From positions 1 through 64,000 of the IMG/VR virus record IMGVR_UViG_3300021962_000058: 64,000 nt of DNA, one strand, 5' to 3'. The notes under the pieces were generated by a model. That model was not told the DNA's origin and ran no database searches. It saw nothing but the letters and a program-made list of their open reading frames with translations. Source of the DNA: a virus. Positions 9,101-17,733 of the stretch are shown here, in pieces (position 1 is the stretch's first letter; each line of letters starts with the position of its first letter). The position numbers were made by a program, and so were the translations under genes.

Positions 9101-9850
9101 ATGCAACCACGCATTTATACATATAAGATTACCTTTGAAGAGGTTCCTTACTATTACTACGGAAGTAAAAAGGAAAGATATTATAATCAACCATACTGGG
9201 GTTCTCCAAAAGTAAATAAATGGTGTTGGGAACTTTATACGCCGAAGAAACAAATATTAGAAGTATTTGATTATACTGATGATGGATATGAAGAATGTAG
9301 AAGAGTAGAGAATAGATTAATCAAACCAGTTCTTAATGATATTTGGTGTTTAAATGAAATGTGTGGAGGAACTTATTCAACTAAAATATTGAAAGAAAGT
9401 GGAAAGAAAGGTGGAAATAAGGCAAAAGAACTCGGTGTAGGTATTTGTGGATTTACAAGAGAACAAAGAAGTGCAAATGGTAGAAAAACAAAAGAACTTG
9501 GTGTAGGAATATATTCTATGACTACAGAAGAACGAAGAAAAATTGCTAAAAAGAATGAAGAGGGCAGAATTGGAATATTTGCATTAACTCCAGAAGAAAG
9601 GTCATTTAATTCATCACAATCTGGTAAAATATCTGGAAAAGTTTGTTTTGAAAAAAGAGTTGGAATTTTTGGAATGGATTCTTCTGATAAAAAAGAAGCA
9701 GAAAGAAAAGGAGGGAGAGTAACAGCATTAAACTTAAATTCTCAAAAATGGATGTGCCTTGAAACTGGACATATTACAACTTCTGGACCTTTAACAAGAT
9801 ATCAAAAAACAAGAAATATAGATACATCCAAAAGAATAAGGTTGCAATAA
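9101..9850 (+). CDS. free-standing GIY-YIG (Seg-like) homing endonuclease
   Basis: IYTYKI...YYYGS, YWGS, E..L, LN; C-terminus WMCLETG...RYQK.R.IDTSKR shared with 2352..3011. Confidence 0.75.
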   Translation: MQPRIYTYKITFEEVPYYYYGSKKERYYNQPYWGSPKVNKWCWELYTPKKQILEVFDYTDDGYEECRRVENRLIKPVLNDIWCLNEMCGGTYSTKILKESGKKGGNKAKELGVGICGFTREQRSANGRKTKELGVGIYSMTTEERRKIAKKNEEGRIGIFALTPEERSFNSSQSGKISGKVCFEKRVGIFGMDSSDKKEAERKGGRVTALNLNSQKWMCLETGHITTSGPLTRYQKTRNIDTSKRIRLQ

Positions 9851-9908
9851 GTGACACTTGAATAACTGGCACAAGACCCGCCACACAAGGCGGGTTTTTT
9901 GCTATAAT
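9850..9908 (+). promoter_or_regulatory. box-type promoter overlapping a terminator-like hairpin
   Basis: AGTGACACTT-GAAT-AACTGGCACA; ACCCGCC/GGCGGGT plus T-tract; TGCTATAAT 29 nt after the box. Confidence 0.8.
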
Positions 9909-9931
9909 GACAAGGTAGTTGAGGAACTCTC

Positions 9932-10057
9932 ATGGATCTCTCTGAAATGTTGGATGAACTGCGGGAAATTGAAATCTACGGATCAGAACCATCAGATTGG
10001 ATGGGATATATGGGTTCTGACGACTATTGGGTGCCAGATGAGGAACTGGCATACTGA
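9932..10057 (+). CDS. small acidic hypothetical protein (41 aa)
   Basis: Hand-translated MDLSEMLDEL...VPDEELAY; GAGGA RBS. Confidence 0.65.
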   Translation: MDLSEMLDELREIEIYGSEPSDWMGYMGSDDYWVPDEELAY

Positions 10058-10089
10058 CTACCTTAGGGGCGCTTCTGTGCCCCTATAAT
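10030..10089 (+). promoter_or_regulatory. box-type promoter
   Basis: GGTGCCAGAT-GAGG-AACTGGCATA; TATAAT 30 nt after the box. Confidence 0.8.
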
Positions 10090-10110
10090 ACGTTCATACG
10101 CAACCAAGCA

Positions 10111-10551
10111 ATGACTACCACCTTCGCTGACTACTCCGCCCAAGCAGAGGCACGGAAGAACATCGCAGAGGCAGTTCTGGGGCACACCTACGCTCTCTGT
10201 GAGGCACTTCGTCAGAACTTCATTGATTACAGCATCAAGTCTCATCAAAAGTTTGTGGATGATATTGATACTCACGAATACCATCAAAAGCAGATTGCTA
10301 AATTGAAAGAGGGTATTTGTGGTTATGAGTTCTACCCTGAGACTGGTCGCAAGTATCACAAGATCATTATGGTTGCCAATGGTTCCCGCAGTGTTAGTTG
10401 CTTTGTAGACAAGAAAACTGGAGAGATTTATAAAGCAGCGTCGTTTCGTGCTCCTGCCAAAGGTGTTCGTTACGATCTTCGCCTGATCAGTGATCGTGAA
10501 TGGTTGCTTGAAAATGCAGACTGGGCAGGTGCTTATCTTTACGCAAAGTGA
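10111..10551 (+). CDS. conserved phage hypothetical protein
   Basis: 146 aa; GRKYHKI...FVDKKTGEIYKAAS..APAKGVRY pattern. Confidence 0.8.
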   Translation: MTTTFADYSAQAEARKNIAEAVLGHTYALCEALRQNFIDYSIKSHQKFVDDIDTHEYHQKQIAKLKEGICGYEFYPETGRKYHKIIMVANGSRSVSCFVDKKTGEIYKAASFRAPAKGVRYDLRLISDREWLLENADWAGAYLYAK

Positions 10552-10695
10552 ATTATGTTGATGATCTTCTTCTGGTGGTTTGTTGCTATGCTTGGCGCAG
10601 TCGCCTTTAATTATGTTCTAATGCAATTTACTGATGACGAAGACTGACAAACTGATTTTTCTTGGTTCTTTTGTTTGGTTTCTTCACTGGGGGCA

Positions 10696-11172
10696 ATGTC
10701 TTACATCACAACTTCTGGATATGGTTATCGCAAACTCCTCTGTGAGGATGTTACCACTTGGTTTCTGAATAAGTTTCTTCCACGTCATAAGATTGATGTA
10801 GAGATTCTACATCGTGGTCTGGTAAGAGAGGGAGTTTATGGGTATTGTGATTTTATTGATGATTACAGGCGTCCAAGAATGTTTTTGATTGAACTTCATA
10901 CTCATATGGAGGAGGAGTTGTATATAAAAACTCTTTTGCACGAACTGACCCATCTGCGTCAGTGGGTGGTCGGTTCACTGCGGTTGCGTCGTGGAAAAAT
11001 GTGTTATGGAAAAGAAAGTGTCGAAGATTATGAGTATTGGTATCAACCACACGAAATAGAGGCAAGAGAACAAGAAGAAACGCTATATCTGGAGTACTTA
11101 TTTGATAAAAATGGGTGGACGGTTCCACAAGTGGCACAGTTCTTTGGTAACCGCTTGTGCTCTGCCGTATAA
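10696..11172 (+). CDS. putative HExxH zinc metallopeptidase
   Basis: TLLHELTHLRQW and downstream PHEIEA motif. Confidence 0.7.
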   Translation: MSYITTSGYGYRKLLCEDVTTWFLNKFLPRHKIDVEILHRGLVREGVYGYCDFIDDYRRPRMFLIELHTHMEEELYIKTLLHELTHLRQWVVGSLRLRRGKMCYGKESVEDYEYWYQPHEIEAREQEETLYLEYLFDKNGWTVPQVAQFFGNRLCSAV

Positions 11173-11173
11173 T
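11115..11173 (+). promoter_or_regulatory. box-type promoter inside 3' end of upstream gene
   Basis: GTGGACGGTT-CCAC-AAGTGGCACA; TATAAT 29 nt after the box. Confidence 0.75.
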
Positions 11174-11197
11174 ACGAGGACAATCAAGGAAACTGAA

Positions 11198-11698
11198 ATG
11201 ACTCCCGAAGAACGCTATCAGGCACTCTATGAGGAGATGTATCAACTCTGTGAAGAACAGGGTTGGGGTGATCCTTTCAGTTATGCACGTTCCCGTGAGA
11301 TTCATATGGCGGGAGTGTTGGGTCATCGCATTGCGGAAGATTATAGTGGTGCCGATGCTTATGATGAAGATGGTGGTGCAGAGTATAAGTCTACTATTGC
11401 AAATTCTATCAATGCAACTTATAATGGTATTAGTGTTCAAAACACTTGGGAAGAACAAGAGCGTTATCTGATTGAAGATAAGATTGGTAAGTACAAGAAC
11501 CACTATTATGCACGTTATGAAGGTGGTAAGATTGTGGAAGTGTGGAAGTTAGATTGTAACGATGTTCTTGCTATTATTCTTCCCAAAGCAAAGAAACAGT
11601 ATCCTCAGAAAAAGAATGGCAATGCAAAAGATCCTCGCATTGGCATTACTATCTCTAAAAAGGAGATCTATGCAGTTGGCAAATGTATCATTGGTTGA
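11198..11698 (+). CDS. putative PD-(D/E)XK restriction-type endonuclease
   Basis: E...GADA-x7-EYKST catalytic-like pattern; ATG 11198 follows promoter and AAGGA RBS; adjacent to MTase. Confidence 0.6.
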   Translation: MTPEERYQALYEEMYQLCEEQGWGDPFSYARSREIHMAGVLGHRIAEDYSGADAYDEDGGAEYKSTIANSINATYNGISVQNTWEEQERYLIEDKIGKYKNHYYARYEGGKIVEVWKLDCNDVLAIILPKAKKQYPQKKNGNAKDPRIGITISKKEIYAVGKCIIG

Positions 11699-11701
11699 GT
11701 T

Positions 11702-12271
11702 ATGATTGATTCCAGAAAAGTAGCATATTCTAGTGGTGGTGGAGATGAAGCATATACCCCTGCATATGGTGTAACTCCTATTCTCAAATACATCCCCAAA
11801 GATGCAAAGGTGTGGTGTCCATTTGATACCAAAGAGAGTGAGTTTGTCAAGCAGATTGGAGCACAAAATCTAGTCGTCTCCACACACATTTCAACTGGTC
11901 AAGATTTTCTTACTTACATTCCCGACTTTGAGTGGGATGTGATTGTATCTAATCCACCATTCACAAACAAGCGGAAGTTCTTTGAGCGGGCACTGTCTTT
12001 CAACAAACCATTTGCCCTGATTATGACTAACACCTGGTTGAATGATAGTGCTCCTAAGCAATTATTCAAGGATAAGGATCTACAACTGTTGATGTTTGAT
12101 AAGCGAATGAAGTTTCATAGTCCTGATGGACGCCCGAATGATAAGATCACGTTCAGTAGTAGTTACTACTGCTGGAACTTTCTACCAAAACAAATCATTA
12201 TGGAGAAACTGGATGTGCCAGCTTCCAAACTGGCACAACGCAGTCCAAGTGAGGCAGTGCTGCCCCTATAA
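11702..12271 (+). CDS. DNA amino-methyltransferase (N6-A/N4-C)
   Basis: DEAYTP, WCPFD, GQDF and catalytic SNPPF motifs. Confidence 0.85.
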   Translation: MIDSRKVAYSSGGGDEAYTPAYGVTPILKYIPKDAKVWCPFDTKESEFVKQIGAQNLVVSTHISTGQDFLTYIPDFEWDVIVSNPPFTNKRKFFERALSFNKPFALIMTNTWLNDSAPKQLFKDKDLQLLMFDKRMKFHSPDGRPNDKITFSSSYYCWNFLPKQIIMEKLDVPASKLAQRSPSEAVLPL

Positions 12272-12272
12272 T
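12214..12272 (+). promoter_or_regulatory. box-type promoter inside 3' end of MTase gene
   Basis: TGTGCCAGCT-TCCA-AACTGGCACA; TATAAT 29 nt after the box. Confidence 0.8.
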
Positions 12273-12298
12273 AAGAAGGTAATCGAGGCACTCCACCG

Positions 12299-12466
12299 AT
12301 GAAGACCTACCGAATGCTGATTGAGTATTGGGTTCCTGATGAGGATGAGAATCTCTTTGAAGAGAAGATCATTCAGTCCCGTTCTTCTTGTGGTAAGATT
12401 GCAGATGATTATCTGGCACAAGATCGTACTAATCTCATTCGCTCTGTTGAAGTCACTCCTGTTTGA
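12299..12466 (+). CDS. hypothetical protein (55 aa)
   Basis: Hand-translated MKTYRMLIEYWVPDEDE...; directly after promoter. Confidence 0.65.
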   Translation: MKTYRMLIEYWVPDEDENLFEEKIIQSRSSCGKIADDYLAQDRTNLIRSVEVTPV

Positions 12467-12469
12467 ATC

Positions 12470-12673
12470 ATGCAACTCTCCACACAATCTGTTTCTAAAA
12501 TTGCAGATGCACTCAAACCAGTAGTAATTGATTACATTCATGAAGATGAAGGTTATGTTGAGTATATGCAAACGGCAGTAATTGAAGGTATTCGTAATAC
12601 GATGGGTGATATGGATGAAGATTTACTTTTTGAACTGGGTATGCTAATCTTTGATAGGATCGAACTGAAATGA
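12470..12673 (+). CDS. hypothetical phage protein
   Basis: 67-aa ORF. Confidence 0.7.
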   Translation: MQLSTQSVSKIADALKPVVIDYIHEDEGYVEYMQTAVIEGIRNTMGDMDEDLLFELGMLIFDRIELK

Positions 12674-12906
12674 TGACTGAAAAGCAAAACAAAATCATTA
12701 AGTATGTTCTGGTCGGTGGAGTTGTTATCAATACGTTAATGTGTCTGAATCTTTACCGACAGATGCTCTCACTTCAATATCAATTTACACAACTTGAAAG
12801 CGATTCGATGAGTGCCATTCAATCATTGAGTCGTTATGTTTGGGAGATGAAGAATCCTCATCTGAATAATTCAAATAACTATCCTGCTGCTGGTGACTTT
12901 GAATGA
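12670..12906 (+). CDS. small membrane protein
   Basis: One TM segment, coupled. Confidence 0.65.
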   Translation: MMTEKQNKIIKYVLVGGVVINTLMCLNLYRQMLSLQYQFTQLESDSMSAIQSLSRYVWEMKNPHLNNSNNYPAAGDFE

Positions 12907-13217
12907 TTGAAACTCTAATTGCTGGTCTTGCATGTGGTGTTGCTACATACTACGGAATTGGTGACGGATTTCATGGACAAGTTACGGCAAATGGTGAGCG
13001 GTTTGATGCTTATCGTTGGACTGCAGCTCACCCTTATCTTCCTATGGGTTCACGCATACGGGTAACCAATCAGGATAACGGTAAGCAGGTGATCGTAAGA
13101 GTCAATGATCGTGGTCCTTATTCACATGCAGACCTAGATCTTTCTTATGCAGCATTTGCTCATATTTCTTCTACGTCAAAAGGTAACGCTACTGTTTGTT
13201 GGAGAGTGATCGGATGA
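12903..13217 (+). CDS. rlpA: RlpA-like lytic transglycosylase (double-psi beta-barrel)
   Basis: ATYYG...TANGE.FD...TAAHP.LP.GS...V.VRVNDRGP...DLS.AAF. Confidence 0.9.
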   Translation: MIETLIAGLACGVATYYGIGDGFHGQVTANGERFDAYRWTAAHPYLPMGSRIRVTNQDNGKQVIVRVNDRGPYSHADLDLSYAAFAHISSTSKGNATVCWRVIG

Positions 13218-13585
13218 AAAAACTAATTCTTCTTGCCACACTGATGCTGTCGTCTCCTGTCTATGCACAGACAGAATCGACCTATCGACCATTTCGTTAT
13301 GAAACCTCTTGTGCATTGATGAATGATGGTGAACCAATGACTGATCTGTGTGTGGTGATTGAAACTCGCAACAAGGGTGGATTTCTTCGCACTCGTAATA
13401 TCTTCTCCAATCGATTTGGTCTGACAATCAAATCGTGGTTTGATAAGGAGAAAGGATTTATGACTTGGGATAGTCATAATCAGTTTGCCTATAAGTGGGA
13501 ATATAAACTTGGTGAGGTTGGTGAACTTGGTAACTGGTCAAATGTAATGCCAGGATTTTTTGTACAAAATGTAAGTTGGGACTGA
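13214..13585 (+). CDS. hypothetical protein with signal peptide
   Basis: MKKLILLATLMLSSPVYA. Confidence 0.7.
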   Translation: MKKLILLATLMLSSPVYAQTESTYRPFRYETSCALMNDGEPMTDLCVVIETRNKGGFLRTRNIFSNRFGLTIKSWFDKEKGFMTWDSHNQFAYKWEYKLGEVGELGNWSNVMPGFFVQNVSWD

Positions 13586-13590
13586 AACAA

Positions 13591-13794
13591 ATGAAAGAAG
13601 TTAATGTAAGTTTAAATGTTCATGAAATCGGTGTGATTTTATCTGCACTACAAGAACTGAATCTACGTGAGGAAAATAGAATTGCACGTGAATATGGAAG
13701 TGTACCTGCACTGTATGCAAAACTTCACGATCTCTGGGAGCAGATGGACACTTCCGAAACTGGTCTACGGTACGATGTGGTGCCGTCGTTCTGA
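13591..13794 (+). CDS. hypothetical phage protein
   Basis: ORF ending in a box-encoded tail. Confidence 0.7.
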   Translation: MKEVNVSLNVHEIGVILSALQELNLREENRIAREYGSVPALYAKLHDLWEQMDTSETGLRYDVVPSF

Positions 13795-13802
13795 CCTATA
13801 CT
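13744..13802 (+). promoter_or_regulatory. box-type promoter (degenerate)
   Basis: ATGGACACTT-CCGA-AACTGGTCTA; TATACT 29 nt after the box. Confidence 0.65.
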
Positions 13803-13827
13803 ACAAAGGTAGTCAAGGGAACACCTG

Positions 13828-14031
13828 ATGAAACCCATTTCATTCACGTCTGGGCAACTGCTGGATCTGATTGCTCTTCTTGAAGAGAAAGAGGATGCTC
13901 TCTATGATGCAGAAGACAAGGGACTCTCCGCTTACTATATGCAAATGGGAGTGCAGTTTCAGCGAATGTATGATCGTCTGCAAAGTCTTCCTGGTGAAAA
14001 GCGTGTTGTCGAACTTGTAGCACAACAATGA
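13828..14031 (+). CDS. hypothetical phage protein
   Basis: 67-aa ORF after promoter. Confidence 0.7.
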   Translation: MKPISFTSGQLLDLIALLEEKEDALYDAEDKGLSAYYMQMGVQFQRMYDRLQSLPGEKRVVELVAQQ

Positions 14032-14170
14032 AAACGTCCTACTGGTTTCTGGGTGTCATTGCCATTCTGATGTGGAATGGAATGATTGCCCGACGTGATG
14101 CAGAACTGTTTCGGGCATATGATCAAATCTGTGCTCAACAACCACACAATCCACAGTGCATTTATTCCAA

Positions 14171-14353
14171 ATGAACGACGAAGACATTCGACAGTTTATG
14201 AATGCTTTTGAAGATTTCACCAAACATGTAGAGGTTGAAGAGTTCAATCATTCTGCCTGGACTGCTGCCCGACAGTATACGGATCACTTCTATGAGCAAA
14301 AAGCGGCAGAGTTAGAAGTGACGGTTGATTATTATATGCAGGAGTTTCTATGA
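14171..14353 (+). CDS. hypothetical phage protein
   Basis: ORF ending KAAELEVTVDYYMQEFL; coupled to small ORFs 14028..14174 and 14350..14520. Confidence 0.7.
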   Translation: MNDEDIRQFMNAFEDFTKHVEVEEFNHSAWTAARQYTDHFYEQKAAELEVTVDYYMQEFL

Positions 14354-14481
14354 CTGATGAAATGAAACTGATTCTTGCACTGATGCAGATTGAGAATCTG
14401 ACCAATCTGATTGAAGGAAATGAGTATCAAAAGTTTCTTTATGGACATCTCATTTCAGTGCAGGTTGAACTACAAAGACAG

Positions 14482-14510
14482 TTGACAAACCTAACTCATT
14501 CATCTAAAAT
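14482..14510 (+). promoter_or_regulatory. sigma70-type early promoter
   Basis: TTGACA-17-TAAAAT. Confidence 0.75.
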
Positions 14511-14533
14511 TAAGGAGTAATTTACCAAAAGAA

Positions 14534-14764
14534 ATGAAATCACTTTATATCGTTGACTACTGGGTGCCGTTTCCTTCTTCTGAATACGGTGGTGTAGTTT
14601 CTCTGATTGCCGAGAATGATACAGAGGCATTTGAATTGCTTTCTAATGAGGAAGGATTCGATGATCGTTATACGAATCTGATTATGCCCAATGTCGTCAA
14701 GGCACAGAAGTTTCAACTGGTAGATGATTATCAGTCTGGTATCATTGACGCATTTACGACCTGA
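14534..14764 (+). CDS. hypothetical phage protein
   Basis: 76-aa ORF after promoter. Confidence 0.75.
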   Translation: MKSLYIVDYWVPFPSSEYGGVVSLIAENDTEAFELLSNEEGFDDRYTNLIMPNVVKAQKFQLVDDYQSGIIDAFTT

Positions 14765-14770
14765 TTAACT

Positions 14771-14962
14771 ATGGAAAGACTCTATCGCATTGAAGAACTG
14801 TGTACAACTGGTTGGGAACTGGTTGATGAGAAGTATGTTGATATGACAAAGGAAAGAACGAAAGAAGTTCTTGATCAACTGATTGCAGACGGTTATAATC
14901 CGAATACACTGAGAGCAGTTCCAAATCCCCAACCACAAAACTTCATTCCCAGTGACAATTGA
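14771..14962 (+). CDS. hypothetical phage protein
   Basis: 63-aa ORF. Confidence 0.7.
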   Translation: MERLYRIEELCTTGWELVDEKYVDMTKERTKEVLDQLIADGYNPNTLRAVPNPQPQNFIPSDN

Positions 14963-15233
14963 ATTTCCACACACTGCACCACAAGGTTATTCTTATGAAT
15001 TCGTTCAGTTCAAAACTCATGTTATTGCAGTGTGGATTCATAATCATTACAGGTTTGTTTACAATGGTGGTGGCATCACTCGTAGTATCTGGGGATTCTA
15101 CAACACAAAGACAAAGTGCTACCACTCTCCTATCAACGCCAAGACAGTCGGTGATCAAGTAAAGATCGAACAAACAACTCCTTACTCTGCAATGATTATC
15201 AAACGTACACCATTAGAACTTGCGTATGTATAA
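14952..15233 (+). CDS. hypothetical phage protein
   Basis: 93-aa ORF. Confidence 0.7.
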   Translation: MTIEFPHTAPQGYSYEFVQFKTHVIAVWIHNHYRFVYNGGGITRSIWGFYNTKTKCYHSPINAKTVGDQVKIEQTTPYSAMIIKRTPLELAYV

Positions 15234-15480
15234 ACCAAGACTGAATGATTATGTCAAGTGGACAAAGGGTGTTGAGGGTTGGGTTTACTTCGTGGATCAA
15301 GAGTATATTACGATTGAGACAATGGTAGTGCCCAAAGATCCAATTAACATCGAACATTGTTCATTGCACAAGAATCATCGTCTTTTGGTTATTTGTTATC
15401 AGGAACAATGGAAAGAGTTGAATCAGATTGGGTATCGTACTGATAAGTATTCAGAGTCCATTATTCCCAAAGAGTTATGA
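15226..15480 (+). CDS. hypothetical phage protein
   Basis: ORF, ATG 15226. Confidence 0.7.
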   Translation: MYKPRLNDYVKWTKGVEGWVYFVDQEYITIETMVVPKDPINIEHCSLHKNHRLLVICYQEQWKELNQIGYRTDKYSESIIPKEL

Positions 15481-15728
15481 AGCATAGGAAAACAGTATGG
15501 CGTTTATGGGCAAAGGCAATCGGTGAAAAGGCAAGTAAAGATGACAGAGAATCAGATCACATTGCTCATATACGCACTGTTATATTTCTCACTTATCTCA
15601 TTACTAACGTATTCATTGTTGCAGGCGTAATTCGACATTGGAATGACAATCAAAATGAAATACCAGGTTGTATACTACAAATTGAAGAAGGACAACAAGA
15701 AAGCGAAACAAGAAGCAATTTTCTATAA
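15477..15728 (+). CDS. membrane-associated hypothetical protein
   Basis: WRLWAKAIGEKAS...TM...IRHW; its tail overlaps a further small ORF 15655..15810. Confidence 0.65.
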   Translation: MKHRKTVWRLWAKAIGEKASKDDRESDHIAHIRTVIFLTYLITNVFIVAGVIRHWNDNQNEIPGCILQIEEGQQESETRSNFL

Positions 15729-15806
15729 CATTGAGGATGCTACATTATGGGAACAACACGTGAAGAAACAAGGTTACCTGAACTCAGAGATCGTACCACT
15801 GTTTCA

Positions 15807-16022
15807 ATGAAGAATAGAGTTATCTACTATCCTTCATTAATCCTAATCAGTATTGTATCGTTTGCGTTAGGATCAAATGTATACAGAGAGTCAATCATTA
15901 ATGATACTTTGAAACTGTGTAATCAAAAGCAATTAGAGTGTAAGTTCAAGTATGATATGGTGATGTATCAAGAGACAGGTAAAGTACCTTATACTCAACC
16001 TACTAAAGATAAAACCAAATAA
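15807..16022 (+). CDS. small membrane protein
   Basis: N-terminal TM helix; ATG 15807. Confidence 0.6.
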   Translation: MKNRVIYYPSLILISIVSFALGSNVYRESIINDTLKLCNQKQLECKFKYDMVMYQETGKVPYTQPTKDKTK

Positions 16023-16812
16023 AACCTTTCCAGGTATAGCGACCTTTACTTTTTAATGCTTTTGTAAGACCAGTTCCTCTACTATTACCACCAACTTTTC
16101 TAATAGCATCAGCAATACTCTCAAAGTGATATTCTTCCCAAGTTACTTTATTGATAGCTTTAACTGCTTTTTTCTTACTTTTAGTTTCAAGTAATTTCCA
16201 TCTGTAACCATAACACTTATATCCCTTACGAGCAGATAAAAGGATATTGCTATTTTTATTACGGTCACCAGCAACTTCTTCTGCTGCATCACGAGCATTA
16301 TCCCATTCTCTGATTTCACCAGTTTCTATATTCAGTCCTTGTATCTTTATACCACAGTGCTTACCGTTACCTCTATTTTCATCTGTTAAGAATCCCCATG
16401 GTTGATATTTCGCTTTTTCGGTTAAAGTAGTTTTTATATTATTAACCTCTTCATCTGTTCTTTCTCTATTAGATGCTATTTCACTTAATTTTTGTTTTGT
16501 TTCATTACTGAATACTGGACGACTTCCACCGCTTGTTGCATTATAACCTTCTGCACTTTCAAAGGTATTGTATTTTTCTATCCAGTATTGTTCTTTTTCA
16601 TCTAATAAACTTTCATCACATTCATCTATTTCTTTAATCATGAAGTTGTGATTACCATACTTACGCATAGCACGATGTAATGGTTTATCACTCATTCTTA
16701 ATGCTTCTTGTATGTGTTGTTGCCACCTTTTATTCATACCTTGGGTGGTCTGTCCAACATATTTGTGTCCGTTCTGTTTATTGACGATGAGATAGATGAT
16801 TCCTTGGGACAT
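16003..16812 (-). CDS. GIY-YIG homing endonuclease with NUMOD-type C-terminal DNA-binding repeats
   Basis: GIIYLI.N..NG.KYVGQT, R, H, E, GYN; two F/W.S..DA...KG..W repeats; the only long minus-strand gene. Confidence 0.88.
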   Translation of the reverse strand: MSQGIIYLIVNKQNGHKYVGQTTQGMNKRWQQHIQEALRMSDKPLHRAMRKYGNHNFMIKEIDECDESLLDEKEQYWIEKYNTFESAEGYNATSGGSRPVFSNETKQKLSEIASNRERTDEEVNNIKTTLTEKAKYQPWGFLTDENRGNGKHCGIKIQGLNIETGEIREWDNARDAAEEVAGDRNKNSNILLSARKGYKCYGYRWKLLETKSKKKAVKAINKVTWEEYHFESIADAIRKVGGNSRGTGLTKALKSKGRYTWKGFIWFYL

Positions 16813-16991
16813 TTATATTTTAGATAACACTTTTAATATTTTATATATTCTTTATGTTATTTTATATTATTATTTTGGTTAATTTGTGATTAAATATTTT
16901 GTAATTCTCAATAAGGTTTTGTAATTGATAATAAATAACAGGTTTTATTGAGAATAATAAGAAAATGCTGAGTCTTGTTGCAGCCTTTGCC

Positions 16992-17020
16992 AGCGTAGCA
17001 TAAGACACGCAGTTTGTCAA
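16992..17020 (-). promoter_or_regulatory. leftward sigma70 promoter
   Basis: Minus strand TTGACA-17-TACGCT with extended TG. Confidence 0.7.
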
Positions 17021-17060
17021 GTCCACCGCCCGCGAAAATGCCACGAGACCCACACAAAAA

Positions 17061-17345
17061 CTCGACGAGATCCATACTAGACTTATGAGATCTCGACGAG
17101 ACCTTATGTTACGAGATGCACATAATTCTCGACGAGAGTACATATATATTGGTATGATTCTCGACGAGACACACATCTAGACTAGATTGTATCTTGTCGA
17201 GTTTTATGGTATAATACGAAAGCGTTCACACAATCTCGACGAGCTTATGTACGACGATTACGATCTCGACTATACGTATAGTAACGATTATGTAGATCTC
17301 GACGAGGACACATACCACGAGTATGGTATAACGGATCTCGACGAG
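17061..17345. repeat. seven copies of CTCGACGAG (iteron-like array)
   Basis: Exact copies at 17061, 17092, 17128, 17160, 17235, 17298, 17337 plus partial copies. Confidence 0.9.
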
Positions 17346-17402
17346 GATTATGCACGAGATACACAAGATTATAACGATCTTGCGTATCGTCATTATGCAT
17401 GA
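17247..17402 (+). CDS. small Asp/Tyr-rich hypothetical protein
   Basis: MYDDYDLDY...; TGGTATAAT upstream at about 17207-17215; repeats encode DLDE. Confidence 0.5.
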   Translation: MYDDYDLDYTYSNDYVDLDEDTYHEYGITDLDEDYARDTQDYNDLAYRHYA

Positions 17403-17432
17403 TATAATCTAGACACATCGCACTAGACACGT

Positions 17433-17585
17433 ATGTTAGCACAGAAGCGCCTAGTCACAGTCACACTCGACATCATGTGTTATGATGACCTGGATCTAGA
17501 CAATATTAACTGGCGAGATGTATTAGATCTCGAACCCAATGAGGATGTCCATTGTAAGATCCAGGAGCACGATATCGATTGGTAG
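17433..17585 (+). CDS. small acidic hypothetical protein (50 aa)
   Basis: Hand-translated MLAQKRLVTVTLDIMCYDDLD...DIDW. Confidence 0.55.
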   Translation: MLAQKRLVTVTLDIMCYDDLDLDNINWRDVLDLEPNEDVHCKIQEHDIDW

Positions 17586-17609
17586 TGTGCCAGTTTAAAT
17601 ATTGGCACA
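17551..17609 (-). promoter_or_regulatory. leftward box-type promoter
   Basis: Box TGTGCCAGTT-TAAA-TATTGGCACA 17586-17609; minus-strand TACAAT (17551-17556) 29 nt away. Confidence 0.6.
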
Positions 17610-17663
17610 GTACTTCATTCTCAATAAGCAACCCCTTATTGAGAATTCTAATATTTCATAATA

Positions 17664-17727
17664 TTTCAAGGCAGGGGGAGTGGCGATGTATTTTCGTCGG
17701 CAGGGATACCCTTCCCCTCATTGAATT
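17664..17727 (-). ncRNA. candidate leftward non-coding RNA, copy A
   Basis: Follows minus-strand promoter; homologous to 22756-22820; no credible ORF. Confidence 0.5.
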
Positions 17728-17733
17728 TCTTAT

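Noticed and set aside
12397-12420. Extra CTGGCACA half-site (also ATGGCACA at 23535, 28210, 62531)
   Set aside because: No matching left half and no -10 at 29-31 nt; explained by Leu/Met-Ala-Gln codons
17061-17345. CRISPR-like mini array
   Set aside because: Repeat is only 9-11 bp with irregular spacing (31-75 nt); no cas genes in the window
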